Below are positions 1-10,751 of a stretch of 64,000 nt of DNA, piece by piece. The translations under genes were made by a program, and so were the position numbers. The DNA is from Promethearchaeia archaeon (GTDB lineage: Archaea > Asgardarchaeota > Lokiarchaeia > Sigyniarchaeales > SOKP01): positions 448,001 to 512,000 of the forward strand of contig JAHQWG010000016.1 of the NCBI GenBank assembly GCA_029856045.1. Reading direction: 5' to 3'. The notes beneath the pieces are model-generated. The model was not told the DNA's origin. It ran no database searches and saw nothing but the letters and a program-made list of their open reading frames with translations. The first letter of the stretch is position 1; every line of letters starts with the position of its first letter.

Positions 1-516
1 TGAATTCCAATAACTTAATTTAATTTTTTTAAAATCTTTTAAGAGATTTAAAATGGTTCTCTCATTATATCTTCTGAAATGGTTTAAAGCCTTGTCATGA
101 GAACTAAAAATAAATTGAAATGCAGGTACTGTAAAAACTAAATACCCTCCTTTCTTTAGTACTCTTCTTACTTCTGATATGACCTTAAAGTCTTCTTCAA
201 TATGTTCAAAAACATCAAAAGAACAAACAACATCAAAATAATCATCAGGATAAGATATATTCGTTATATCACACAATTTTTTTTCTACATATAGATTTTC
301 AGGAATTAGATCAAGAGCCTTTTGATTTATATCTATAACATAAACATCTCCATATTTATTCAATATTTTAAGATCTATGCCTGTTCCTGCTCCAATATCT
401 AAAATTTTTAATGTCTTTCCTTTAACTTTATTCATTAATACATTGATTAAATCCTTTTTACCTCGAAACCAAAAATTTTGTTCTGTTTGTCCAGCGATAA
501 AATCCTTATAATCCAT
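1..516 (-). CDS. Class I SAM-dependent methyltransferase (3' end runs off the window)
   Basis: Manual translation from ATG 516: MDYKDFIAGQTEQNFWF...ILDIGAGTG (motif I)...FDVVCSFDVFEHI...VPAFQFIFSSHDKALNHFRRY; open to position 1. Absent from the ORF track because it has no stop in the window. Confidence 0.85.
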   Translation of the reverse strand, partial: MDYKDFIAGQTEQNFWFRGKKDLINVLMNKVKGKTLKILDIGAGTGIDLKILNKYGDVYVIDINQKALDLIPENLYVEKKLCDITNISYPDDYFDVVCSFDVFEHIEEDFKVISEVRRVLKKGGYLVFTVPAFQFIFSSHDKALNHFRRYNERTILNLLKDFKKIKLSYWNS

Positions 517-798
517 AATTAGAAAGTTTTTCTCTCTATTAGTTTATAGTTTAATTAAGAAATATTAATTTTTAATATATTCTATTTCTTTTAACTTAAA
601 ATTGGAGTGTATAAAATTTATGCACGAAATTTAAAAAAAAGTATTAGATCTTCAAGTTCTTTTTAAATTCTCAAAAAAAAATCTAAAATATTCGTTCTAA
701 TCTAAATTTAAAAAAAATTATAAAGCATTATATATCTTTTCTACTTAAGGATTTTAGACTTAATTATTAAATTTGAAATTTTTAATGAAACTGACATT

Positions 799-1767
799 AT
801 GACCGAAATTATCCATGTAGAAAATTTAAGTAAAAAATTTATAAATAAAAAAGAGAAAACTGAAGTCTTAGCTGTTGATACCATCAATTTTTCAGTAAAT
901 TCTGGTGAAATTTTCGGTTTTTTGGGACCAAATGGTGCGGGAAAAACAACAACTGTAAGAATTTTAGCCTGTTTATTAAAACCAACTCTTGGAAACGCAA
1001 TTATCAATGGTATGAGTATATTAGAAGATCAAGAAAATATTAGAAGTATTATTGGATTTTTAACAGAAAATCATGGGAATTATGAAAATCTAACTGTTAA
1101 ACAGAATCTAGAATTTTTTGGAAAATTTTATGATATTCAAAATATCAATGAAAGGATTGGAGATATTTTAGAACAATTCGAGATGTTAGATAGAATTGAG
1201 ATGTACGCTGGTGAATTATCAAAAGGACTCAAACAAAGGCTGGCTTTAGCTAGGACCCTAATTCACGACCCTAAGATTCTTTTTTTTGATGAGCCTACTG
1301 CGGGATTAGATCCAATTGCTGCTGTAAAAGTAAGAGAATTAATTTTAAAATTAAAATCAAAAAATCGAACGATATTTATTAATTCTCACAATTTAGAAGA
1401 AGTACAAAAGGTTTGTGATAGAGTGGGGATTATCGATAAAGGTAGGATAAAACGGATTGGTACATCAGATGAAATTAGCAAAAATTTGTGGGAATTTAGA
1501 ATTTTAGAAATTAAATTGAAAAAACTATCCGATGAAATTATATCTCGATTATCAAAATTTGATTTTATAAAAGAAATATTTCTAATTAACGGTTGTATTA
1601 GAATCCATTTAAAAAATTTGGAAGAATTTACTCCCATTATTGTTGAAAAAATTGTAGAATTGGGTGGAAAAATAATATCAGTTGAACCTATTGAACATAG
1701 CTTAGAAGATATTTATGTAAAATTAATGGAAGATTCGAAAATTAATCAACCATCAGGGGAGAAATAA
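799..1767 (+). CDS. ABC-2 type exporter ATP-binding protein
   Basis: Walker A GPNGAGKTT, signature LSKGLKQR, Walker B FFDEPT, H-loop SHNL. Confidence 0.95.
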   Translation: MTEIIHVENLSKKFINKKEKTEVLAVDTINFSVNSGEIFGFLGPNGAGKTTTVRILACLLKPTLGNAIINGMSILEDQENIRSIIGFLTENHGNYENLTVKQNLEFFGKFYDIQNINERIGDILEQFEMLDRIEMYAGELSKGLKQRLALARTLIHDPKILFFDEPTAGLDPIAAVKVRELILKLKSKNRTIFINSHNLEEVQKVCDRVGIIDKGRIKRIGTSDEISKNLWEFRILEIKLKKLSDEIISRLSKFDFIKEIFLINGCIRIHLKNLEEFTPIIVEKIVELGGKIISVEPIEHSLEDIYVKLMEDSKINQPSGEK

Positions 1768-1769
1768 AA

Positions 1770-2573
1770 ATGAAAATAAAAAATTCCTTATACATTTTTA
1801 AAAAAGATTGGCAAGAAATCTATAAGAATAAAGAAATTTTATTGCCTATTATTATATTACCTATACTTTTTTCAATTATTTTTCCAATTCTACTTATTGG
1901 ATCTTCTTTAATCATCCCACCAGAAGAATATAATAATGGTGAAGGTCTTGAAGACTTAATTCCTTTCTTTCAAGGTCAAGAAAATGCCGTATTAAAAATT
2001 ATTATCTATTATAATATTAACTTTATAATGAAACCACTTTTCTTATTCACTCCCATGATCTTGACTATGGTAATAGCCTCTGATTCTTTTGCAGGAGAAA
2101 AGGAAAGAAAAACAATTGAAAGCCTTTTAATACTACCGATAACTGATAAAGAATTGATTTTAGGTAAAGTTTTTACTGCATTTATTCCTGCAATTTTAGC
2201 ATCATGGGGTGCTTTTGGAGCATTTCAAATATTGATATATTTTATGACTTATGATCTAATAGGGTTTAATATCATTGGATTTGACTGGTATCTATTAATG
2301 TTTCTATTTTCAACATTATTGTCTTTTTTTTCCGTAATATTAATGATAATAAACTCGTCAAGAGCAAAAGATGCCAAATCTGCCCAAAATGTGGCGGTAA
2401 TAGTCATACTTCCTGTAATCTCCTTATTTTTCCTACAAATGTTTAATGTTTTCGTATTAGATGTTATAAATACACTTATTTTATCAGGTTTTCTCGGATT
2501 ATTAGATTTATTGATGATTTATTTGGGGGGAAAACAGCTAAATCGAGATCGTTTAATATCACGAATAAGATAA
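1770..2573 (+). CDS. ABC-2 type exporter permease
   Basis: About 6 TM helices, SFAGEKERKTIESLL motif, 2 nt after the ATPase. Confidence 0.9.
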   Translation: MKIKNSLYIFKKDWQEIYKNKEILLPIIILPILFSIIFPILLIGSSLIIPPEEYNNGEGLEDLIPFFQGQENAVLKIIIYYNINFIMKPLFLFTPMILTMVIASDSFAGEKERKTIESLLILPITDKELILGKVFTAFIPAILASWGAFGAFQILIYFMTYDLIGFNIIGFDWYLLMFLFSTLLSFFSVILMIINSSRAKDAKSAQNVAVIVILPVISLFFLQMFNVFVLDVINTLILSGFLGLLDLLMIYLGGKQLNRDRLISRIR

Positions 2574-2597
2574 AAAAGTGAGGATAATAACAAATTC

Positions 2598-3269
2598 ATG
2601 AATCTTTTCGAATTATTTATATTTTCATTTTTAGTAGCTTTAACTGGAGCAATGTCTCCTGGACCCCTACTAACTTTTACAATTTATAAAACTCTTAAAA
2701 GTGAAAAAAAGGGGTATTTAATCGGAATTTTGGTTGTCGTTGGGCATGCTATCTTAGAATTTATTTTAATTCTATTACTTTTAACTGGAGTTTCATTTTT
2801 TCTTCAAAATATCACCGTTCTAATCTTAATCGGCTTAATTGGGGGCTCAATTCTATGTTTTTTTGGTATAATGGTTATTAAAGATGTGCTAAAAAATAAG
2901 TTCAATATAGAAATTAAAGAAGAAAATACAATAGATATTAAAGGTTATAAAAAAAATAGTATTTTAGGAGGAATTTTGGTCTCTATGAGCAACCCATATT
3001 GGTGGCTCTGGTGGGCAGTAATTGGTTTAAGCTTTATGGTAAATTACGAAGTAAGATTTGATCAACCCATTAACATTTTATTATTCTTTTTTGGACATGA
3101 AATGGGTGATTTAATCTGGTATTTCGCAATTTCTGCGTTTGTATATTTTGGAGGGAAATCTTTTAATAATAAAGTATTTAACATTATTCTGATTCTTTGT
3201 GGGCTATTTATGGTCGTGTTTGGTCTATATTTAGCAATTAACCCACTTATAAATCCACCAACTATATAA
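2598..3269 (+). CDS. LysE/RhtB family exporter
   Basis: GAMSPGP N-terminal motif, GH..E, SNPYWWLWW, hydrophobic helices. Confidence 0.9.
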   Translation: MNLFELFIFSFLVALTGAMSPGPLLTFTIYKTLKSEKKGYLIGILVVVGHAILEFILILLLLTGVSFFLQNITVLILIGLIGGSILCFFGIMVIKDVLKNKFNIEIKEENTIDIKGYKKNSILGGILVSMSNPYWWLWWAVIGLSFMVNYEVRFDQPINILLFFFGHEMGDLIWYFAISAFVYFGGKSFNNKVFNIILILCGLFMVVFGLYLAINPLINPPTI

Positions 3270-3403
3270 CTCAAAATATTTTTTCAAATTTTGAATAAAA
3301 TTGAAAATTTAGTAGTTTATATAGATTGAATTGATACTATGTTTGTACAAATTTGGAAATTTAATCACATTATCAAAATAAATTCCAAAAAAGGTTTTAT
3401 TAA

Positions 3404-3664
3404 ATGATAGAGTTGGATAAAAAGACTCAAACTTTTTTATCAAGTAAATTATTATGTGTCTGTCCTCTCTGTAAAAAATACATCTACGGTAAAGATATTG
3501 ACATTACAAAAATTGATTTATCTAAAATCAAAAGATGGCCATTATCAATTGTGCATTGTCATGCACATAATAAACATCCATTACATGCATTAACCATTTA
3601 TCTTGATGCTAATTTCTCAATCCGCGGAAGAGAAGCTTCTGGTTTTTTAAAAATTCAAACCTGA
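3404..3664 (+). CDS. Small putative Zn-binding protein (CxCxxC, HxH...H, YLDANF)
   Basis: 86 aa ORF with CVCPLC, HCHAH, H..YLDANFSIRG; own ATG and upstream AT-rich promoter region. Confidence 0.65.
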   Translation: MIELDKKTQTFLSSKLLCVCPLCKKYIYGKDIDITKIDLSKIKRWPLSIVHCHAHNKHPLHALTIYLDANFSIRGREASGFLKIQT

Positions 3665-3721
3665 TTAAAAAATATTTTCCGTTTGCCCAAATATTCTTAA
3701 GCTTCTTTCTGAGTAATTTTC

Positions 3722-4693
3722 TTATACATCATAAAATCTTTTAAAAACGCGACATATTGCCAGGTTTAGCCATAGATGCGTATCTTTATCTCGAGCTCCC
3801 ATCATTATTTTTAAATCCCAAAGCCCGTTATTTTGTTGCTTATCTTTAAACCATTGGAGAGCTTTGTCAATTTGCGGCTCATCTTTGCAAAATCCAAGTA
3901 AAGATACAGAATCTAATGATGATAAAAGGTCGGTCCAAAAAAATGGATAATAAAATTTAAACCAATAACTTTTATCCCCCCGAGAGGAATATTTGTCTTT
4001 TTGAAAAAAGCGTGATATTAGAAGTTTTCCAGCTTCCCTCGCTTCTTCCCTCTTTCTGTATTTTGGGTGAGCGGCAAACGTGCGTAACACCATTCCTGTC
4101 AACCAATGAGAGGAGGGCTTCGATTTATCTGGAGGAACAGGATCGGGTAAAGCATAAACTTCTTCCCAAGTAGAATGAATTGTTAACATTGCTAACCCCC
4201 ATCCTCCATCTGTATGACGCATCGAGAATAGCCACTGAAAGCCCCGCTCCATCCTAGGATCATCGTGATAACCCGCCATATTTAACAGTTCCATCAACGC
4301 ACCCATGTAATTCGTCATGTATTGATTACAATATATCCCTCTAATATCACCCTCTTCTGTTTGGCAACTAAAAACATATTCTGCGGCTTTTTGGATACAT
4401 TTATGTTTCTTATTAAACCCATATTTAGGCACTAGTTCTCTTAAACTTTTAAAAGTAGCAAATAAATTCATATTCTCGGGATACTTATGAGGTTTCCTAG
4501 GATGTTTCCACGATCCGTCGTCTAATTGTTTTTTTATTATTTTTTGAGCATATTGTTGATTCCATAAACTTTCGATTGGCTCCACTTCCCTTTCTAGTAA
4601 ATCTCTGTCAACAAAATATTGAATCGCTACATTACCTGAGGAATTCAAATAAGGCAAGGGATCAAATTTTAATTGTTTTTGCCACTCTTTCAT
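3722..4693 (-). CDS. Prenyltransferase/squalene-cyclase-repeat (QW-motif, alpha/alpha toroid) protein
   Basis: Repeats QLDDGSW, QTEEGDI, RHTDGGW, QQNNGLW; no DXDD cyclase motif; starts 16 nt downstream of the uvrA-like gene. Confidence 0.75.
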   Translation of the reverse strand: MKEWQKQLKFDPLPYLNSSGNVAIQYFVDRDLLEREVEPIESLWNQQYAQKIIKKQLDDGSWKHPRKPHKYPENMNLFATFKSLRELVPKYGFNKKHKCIQKAAEYVFSCQTEEGDIRGIYCNQYMTNYMGALMELLNMAGYHDDPRMERGFQWLFSMRHTDGGWGLAMLTIHSTWEEVYALPDPVPPDKSKPSSHWLTGMVLRTFAAHPKYRKREEAREAGKLLISRFFQKDKYSSRGDKSYWFKFYYPFFWTDLLSSLDSVSLLGFCKDEPQIDKALQWFKDKQQNNGLWDLKIMMGARDKDTHLWLNLAICRVFKRFYDV

Positions 4694-4709
4694 TTTTTCT
4701 TCATCAAAT

Positions 4710-7211
4710 TTAGTTTAGATAAGGACCTAATATGGAATGCGAGTTATTTTTTAAATCTTCAGGTGATCCTTCAGCGATAATTTCCCCACCTTCTGGTCCT
4801 CCTCCTGGTCCAAGTTCTACAATCCAATCGGTGAAGGATAAAATATCTAGATCGTGTTCTATTATAATTACGGTATTTCCCTTTTCAACTAATTCTTCAA
4901 GTAAGGTCAATAATTTAGAAACATCGTGAGAATGCAGTCCGGTGCTTGGTTCATCCAAAATAAATAGAGAGTGTGCTTTTTTCTCTTTCCCAAGTTCTTT
5001 AGCCAATTTAACTCTTTGGGCTTCACCGCCACTTAGAGTTAGTGAAGATTGTCCCAATGTTATATATCCCATACCTATTCTATCTAAAATCTCTAAGATT
5101 GAAGCGATTTTAGTTTGATCTTTAAAGACTTCTAATGCTTCCTTAACTGTTAAATTTAACACTTCTGTAATTGTCTTTCCCTTGTATTTCACATCGAGAA
5201 TTTCTGGTTTGTACCTTTTACCTTTACATTCATTGCATAGAATCGATAATCCAGGCAGGAACAGCGAAATTTGTAGATCCTGATATCCATTACCTTTACA
5301 AGCTGGGCACCGTCCCTTGTCGGAATTGAAACTAAAATGTCCAGCTTTATATTTTTTCCTTTTAGATAGTGGTTGTTTTGCAAATAAATTTCTTATTTTA
5401 TCCCATATACCTATGTAACTTGCTGGGAAGGAAGTTCTAACGCGACTGAGAGGTTTTTGATTTACAATAATAACTTCATCGATATCTTGCCACCCGATTA
5501 AATCTCCAGAAGTGGTTAAATCTCCCTCTAACCCATTTTCAACTTCCTTTAATGCCCCTATATTTTTATTGCTATTCTGTCTTTCAAAATAAGGTGTTAT
5601 TAAGGGAATTAATGTATCTGTAATAAGTGAACTTTTACCACTTCCTGATACGCCTGCAATTCCTATCATTACACCTAATGGAATGTCTATTTTAACATTT
5701 TTTAAATTATGTGTATTAACATTTTTAAGAGTTATTTTGGGATTATTTTTTGAAATTTTCCTTCTTTCATCAGGCTTCTTATTAGGAATTTTCAGTTCAC
5801 CACGTAGATATTTGCCAGTAATCGATCGTTTGGACTTTATAACACCTTCTAAAATTCCCTGATATACAATTTCTCCACCTTCATTTCCCGCTCCAGGACC
5901 CATATCGATTATCTCATCAGCGATGGATATTAGCTTTTTATCGTGTTCGACTACAATAATTGTATTTCCCAAATCTTTAAGTGAATTTAGCGCTTTAATG
6001 AGATTATTCTTCTCTATTTCATGAAGACCCATCGTAGGTTCGTCCAAAATATATACTAATGAATCTAACCCAGAATCAAGATGGTTCATTAAAGCTAACC
6101 TACTTATTTCTCCCCCGGAGAGTGTTGGTAATTCCCGGTTTAAGTGAATATATGGAAGTCCAACATCCACAATACTTTTTAACTTTTTTAATATCAAATT
6201 TTTAAGACCACGACCTTCAGATACTTTTATATGGGAATTATTTAGTCCCTCCAAGAACTCTATCAACTCAGTAATAGTCATCATTGCCAATTCACCTATA
6301 TGTTTTTCGTTTATTTTAATCTCTCGAGAACGATCGTTTATCCTATACCCACTACATTCAGAACAAATTTCCTTTTTCATGTAATACTTAGTAATTTTTC
6401 TCCTCCTATAATCACTTGTACCAGAAGTTATAGCTCGTTCAATATGGGGTATTATTCCTTCAAATTTTCTTGCTCTCAATACTCCCGAGAATGTTTTGGA
6501 TTCCCATCTAAAATTTAGTTTCTTATTGCTTCCATATAAGAATAAATGCTTAATCTCCTCTGGTAGGTCTTTATAAGGAGTATCGATATTAAAATTGAAT
6601 ATATCTCCCAATTGTTCTACCCAGTGGAGCTGATCAGCAAAACATCCAGATCCAGCTTTTGTAATCTCAATTAAGTTTAAGTTTGGGTCTTTAACAATTA
6701 AATCTTCGGTAAAATGCATAATATATCCCCTCCCTTTGCATTCCAAACACATTCCCGAAGCTTCATTGAAACTAAAATGTTTTATTTGTAGCGGTTCAAC
6801 CTGCATACCACATATGTCACACTCTAATGCTGGCTTTTCGACTGGTTCCTTGCAAATAGGACAAGTTATTACACCTTCTATTGCATAAAGCATTCTTAAT
6901 AGATTATATATAATAGTCTTAGTACCAACTGTGCTTCTAGGATTAGAAATTCTCGTTGTTCTCTGTTCTACAGCGATTGTAGGACTCAATCCAGTAATCA
7001 TATCGAATGGTGCCTCATCACTCCCTCGTGGTGGATAACCAACTGCTTGCATATATCTCCTTAATCCCTCATTAAATATGGTATCAAATGCTAAGCTTGA
7101 CTTTCCAGAGCCACTAACTCCTGTTATTAGTACAATTTTATTTTTTGGTATCGAAACATCAATATTTTTTAAATTATGTATTCTTGCCCCAATGATCTTA
7201 ATTTCATCCAT
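4710..7211 (-). CDS. uvrA: Class II UvrA-like ABC ATPase (DrrC/Ecm16-type, lacks UvrB-binding domain)
   Basis: GARIHNLKN, two GVSGSGKSS Walker A motifs, two LSGGE signatures, LDEP motifs, Zn fingers; CPIC..CDICG runs straight into FSFN with no UvrB-binding insertion; 833 aa. Confidence 0.9.
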   Translation of the reverse strand: MDEIKIIGARIHNLKNIDVSIPKNKIVLITGVSGSGKSSLAFDTIFNEGLRRYMQAVGYPPRGSDEAPFDMITGLSPTIAVEQRTTRISNPRSTVGTKTIIYNLLRMLYAIEGVITCPICKEPVEKPALECDICGMQVEPLQIKHFSFNEASGMCLECKGRGYIMHFTEDLIVKDPNLNLIEITKAGSGCFADQLHWVEQLGDIFNFNIDTPYKDLPEEIKHLFLYGSNKKLNFRWESKTFSGVLRARKFEGIIPHIERAITSGTSDYRRRKITKYYMKKEICSECSGYRINDRSREIKINEKHIGELAMMTITELIEFLEGLNNSHIKVSEGRGLKNLILKKLKSIVDVGLPYIHLNRELPTLSGGEISRLALMNHLDSGLDSLVYILDEPTMGLHEIEKNNLIKALNSLKDLGNTIIVVEHDKKLISIADEIIDMGPGAGNEGGEIVYQGILEGVIKSKRSITGKYLRGELKIPNKKPDERRKISKNNPKITLKNVNTHNLKNVKIDIPLGVMIGIAGVSGSGKSSLITDTLIPLITPYFERQNSNKNIGALKEVENGLEGDLTTSGDLIGWQDIDEVIIVNQKPLSRVRTSFPASYIGIWDKIRNLFAKQPLSKRKKYKAGHFSFNSDKGRCPACKGNGYQDLQISLFLPGLSILCNECKGKRYKPEILDVKYKGKTITEVLNLTVKEALEVFKDQTKIASILEILDRIGMGYITLGQSSLTLSGGEAQRVKLAKELGKEKKAHSLFILDEPSTGLHSHDVSKLLTLLEELVEKGNTVIIIEHDLDILSFTDWIVELGPGGGPEGGEIIAEGSPEDLKNNSHSILGPYLN

Positions 7212-7284
7212 ATTTTATCAAAATCACTTTCATCTAATAATTTTATTTTTAATTGAATTAAATTGCATAATATTTGTAATAAAT

Positions 7285-7324
7285 ATATTCCAATCATAGA
7301 ATATTATATCATAAGAATATATAA
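7285..7324 (-). promoter_or_regulatory. Operator array ATATT(C/A)-N8-GAATAT x2 overlapping the TATA box of the uvrA-like gene
   Basis: ATATTC caatcata GAATAT TA tatcataa GAATAT (7285-7320); minus-strand TTTATATA at 7317-7324; same architecture as 20328-20384. Confidence 0.7.
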
Positions 7325-7368
7325 ATATTATCATTTTTAAAAAATTAAAATATCATTCATGATATATT

Positions 7369-7715
7369 TTATGCTGAATGCTTAAATAATCTAAATTTGA
7401 GAAATATATCTCGATAAATATTGAAAATTTTTACTTGTTTTCTGCGATTATAGCTTTCACAGAATGATATTACAATCTCTTCTTTTAATCTAAATGCAAT
7501 ATTTTCCGATTTATCTTCTTTATCTCTTACTTTGTTCAAAATATTTTTTTTTTTCGTGAGGATTATTAAAAGAAACAGTAGATAAAACAATTAAAAATTC
7601 TTTCCGCAATCTGGGTATTTATTATAAAAAAGATAAATGATTAATTCTATCTTTTTGGTTAATTCGTTTATCTTCTATAATTTCAATAATTTTCCCATCG
7701 AATCCTTTTTTTTAA
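7369..7715 (-). pseudogene. Possible decayed small gene
   Basis: Minus-strand frame KKGFDGKIIEIIEDKRINQKDR...YPDCGKNF* continues in frame into the 73-aa ORF (..FCESYNRRKQ), resembling eroded CxxC knuckles. Confidence 0.25.
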
Positions 7716-8022
7716 TTCTAATTAAAAGTGAACCAAAATATAAAACTCTGAGAATTATGATATATAAATAAAATAAAAATTGTTTTAAATAAAATAATAA
7801 TCTTAAAACATCCACCAATTTAATCAAGATACTATTTAAATCAATTTTAAAGGAAGATATTTTTTAAAAATTAGAAAATAAATGTGCAGTAAGGGAAAAT
7901 TTTTCGATTTAGAGTGATTCTTTTAAACACTTGAAATTTTTAATTCATAAAGCAAGAGATAATCAAAAAATAATTCTTTTTTTATCCTAAAATTTATATT
8001 TTTGGAATTTATTTATAATAAT

Positions 8023-9330
8023 ATGAAAATCCTTTCTCAAATTCTAATTTTTATAATCTTTATGATTATTATTGTTTCATATACTAAAGAAAAATGGGAT
8101 TTTGTGAGTATTTCGCTATTAGGAATGATAATATGTGCTTTGATCGTTGGAGTTTCTAATTCTCTAACAATTGAGAATTTCATAGAATTTGTTGAAATTG
8201 AAGCATTAATTCTGATTTTAAGTATGCAAATAATAACCCAAATCGCTCGAGAATCCAATATTATAGAATATTTTGCTATTAGAATGTTTAGGCTCTCGAA
8301 AGGCAACCAGCATTTTTTCTTATATACAATTTGTTTAACTGGTGCATTTTTAGCAGCAATTATCTCAGATGTAATTGTAGCAATTATTCTTGTACCTGTA
8401 ATAATTAGGATTTGTAACTTTTTAAAAATAAAAGCTGGGACTTATTTACTAGCTTTAACAATCGTTATTAATATAGGTAGCCTTTTTACTCCATTTTCTT
8501 CTGGAGAAAATATAATAATTTCCCAGCATTTTCAATTAGATACAAAATTTTTTATCACATACTATTGGGGATTTTCTTTTATCGTTCTTTTTTTAACGAT
8601 ATTTTTAGTTGATTACTTTATTCTTAGAAAAGAACCAAAAATTGAAATTGCAAGGAAAGAATTATTATTAGAGATTTTAAACCCATCTATTGTAATAACT
8701 AATAAAAAATTATTTTATTTCAACACTTTAGTTTTTTTCGGGACGATAATTTCATTTATTTTTATATCTCAGATGTATATTATTGCACTAATCTCATCAA
8801 TGATATTAGTCTTAGTTAACAATAGACATGGGGAAGTTCCGTTAAAAGAAGTATTAAAAAAAATTAATTGGGAGATCATTTTTTTCTTTATCGCCATGTT
8901 TATCGTTATTGGGTGTATGCGGGAAATCGGAATATTTAATATTTTTCAATTACAATCTTTACAAAATTTTAATCCAATTATTGTGAGTATAATGATGTTA
9001 TTATTAGTGAGTTTCCTCTCGGGATTATTAGCAAATACACCTATAATGTTAATTTTTTTGCCTATAATTGATAATCTAATTAGTAATTTTAATTTTCCCT
9101 CAATTCCTTTAGTTTTTTCATTATTAGTTGCTGTAAATCTAGGTGGAAATATTTTACCTCAAGGTGCTATGTGTGATGTGTTAACCCTAAAAATAGCACA
9201 AGAAAATAACGTTAAAAATCTTACCTATAAGAGATTATTGAAAAATGGAGCAATTTTTGCATTAATTCACATATTAATATCCTCAATAATATTGATACCC
9301 CTCACAATATTATTCCCTAATGGTGTATAA
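8023..9330 (+). CDS. ArsB/NhaD/SLC13 (ion transporter superfamily) permease
   Basis: About 11-12 TM; INIGSLFTPFSSGENII, SGLLANTP and VNLGGNILPQG hairpin motifs; ATG 8023 preferred over TTG 8002. Confidence 0.85.
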   Translation: MKILSQILIFIIFMIIIVSYTKEKWDFVSISLLGMIICALIVGVSNSLTIENFIEFVEIEALILILSMQIITQIARESNIIEYFAIRMFRLSKGNQHFFLYTICLTGAFLAAIISDVIVAIILVPVIIRICNFLKIKAGTYLLALTIVINIGSLFTPFSSGENIIISQHFQLDTKFFITYYWGFSFIVLFLTIFLVDYFILRKEPKIEIARKELLLEILNPSIVITNKKLFYFNTLVFFGTIISFIFISQMYIIALISSMILVLVNNRHGEVPLKEVLKKINWEIIFFFIAMFIVIGCMREIGIFNIFQLQSLQNFNPIIVSIMMLLLVSFLSGLLANTPIMLIFLPIIDNLISNFNFPSIPLVFSLLVAVNLGGNILPQGAMCDVLTLKIAQENNVKNLTYKRLLKNGAIFALIHILISSIILIPLTILFPNGV

Positions 9331-9725
9331 AAAAAGATACAGAAAAAATTTCAACTATTATTATTATAATTTTTATAATAATCCTAGTTTCTTATAACAA
9401 AAAAGAGATTGACTATATAAATGTTTCAATTTTAAGTATGATTTTATGCATATATATAGTAAATCTAAACTGCTTTAAGATATTTTTTAGATTTTATTCG
9501 ATTTAAAGCGATTTTATTTTTTAAGTATATTTGAGAAGATCTAAAATTTCTCTAAGAAATATTTAATATAAAATATGGGAATTCAATTTATTAATTTATT
9601 CTTTCAAAATTAATTCAAGTACATGAATTCCCGAGATTAATTGATAAAGTTTGGGATACAGGTGTGGTTCTATAGAGAATTGCAATCCATCTATTTTTTA
9701 GTTTTAAACTCTTCCAATTTAAAAA

Positions 9726-10751
9726 TTAGATTTGTTTTTTTTCTTTTTTTAAGATTGATTCATAGACGCTAATATAATCGTCCACCATCCTTTCGACATT
9801 AAATTTTTTTTCAACCCATCTACGACATTCTGAACGATCAATTTTATTAACTTTTTTTAATGCATTAACAGCCTCTTCAATAGAATCGACTAAAAATCCG
9901 GTTTTTCCGTCTGCGATTACTTCAGGCATACTCCCCTTATTAAAAGCAATTACAGGCGTTCCGCACGCCATTGATTCCACAACCGACAGACCGAATGCCT
10001 CTTGAACATTAATAGGGTGCAATAAAGCAAAAGCGCCTCCTAATAATTCATTCCTCTTTTTTGGACCAGCAATACCGACGTATTTTATTAAATCATTATC
10101 AAGAAAAGGTTCGATATTTTCTTTATAATAACCTTTATCCTGGATAATCCCTGCGAAAATTAATTTCATTCCAACTTTTCGAGTGATTTCGATAGCTTCT
10201 TTAGGACCTTTATCCTGATGAATACGACCAAAAAATAATAAATAATTTTCAGGTTCAGAATTAAAAGTAAATTGGTTTAAATCTATACCGTGATAAACCG
10301 TAGCGATATAATCAAGATTAGGATCCCTAGCAGCATTGCTAATGGAAACATAATAGCTTTGATTGTTGTATTTTTTATAAACTGGTAAAATTTTGGGAGA
10401 AGAAAAGCCATGGATTGTTGTTACGACTGGGGTTGATGCCATTTTCATATATGTTAAAGGAAGATAATCAAAATGATTGTGAATGATATCAAAATCATTT
10501 CCTCTTTCGAACATTTCAGATATATGTAAACATTCCCAAACCTTTGGTATTAATTCATTATCTTCTTCATAACCCTGAGGGCAGACACTCACAAGATGTG
10601 CTTTAGTGATAGAATTCTTTGTCGCAAATAAGGTAACTTCAATTCCTTTCTCAACAAGCCCTTCTGTTAATAAAGAGACTATATATTCCCATGGACCATA
10701 AGATCGAGGAGGTGTTCGCCACGCAATTGGTGAAAGCATTGCTACGTGCAT
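9726..10751 (-). CDS. Glycosyltransferase family 4
   Basis: PPRSYGPWE, TVYHGID, FGRIHQDKG, EAFGLSVVESMACGTPV. Confidence 0.92.
   Translation of the reverse strand: MHVAMLSPIAWRTPPRSYGPWEYIVSLLTEGLVEKGIEVTLFATKNSITKAHLVSVCPQGYEEDNELIPKVWECLHISEMFERGNDFDIIHNHFDYLPLTYMKMASTPVVTTIHGFSSPKILPVYKKYNNQSYYVSISNAARDPNLDYIATVYHGIDLNQFTFNSEPENYLLFFGRIHQDKGPKEAIEITRKVGMKLIFAGIIQDKGYYKENIEPFLDNDLIKYVGIAGPKKRNELLGGAFALLHPINVQEAFGLSVVESMACGTPVIAFNKGSMPEVIADGKTGFLVDSIEEAVNALKKVNKIDRSECRRWVEKKFNVERMVDDYISVYESILKKEKKQI

Noticed and set aside
3722-4693. Squalene-hopene cyclase
   Set aside because: About half the expected length and no DXDD motif.
4710-7211. Canonical UvrABC excision-repair UvrA
   Set aside because: It lacks the UvrB-binding domain and there is no uvrB or uvrC in the window.
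9590-9715. Slightly GC-richer intergenic patch as a transposon end or gene remnant
   Set aside because: Short open frames exist on both strands, but I see no recognisable motif, terminal inverted repeat or target duplication.
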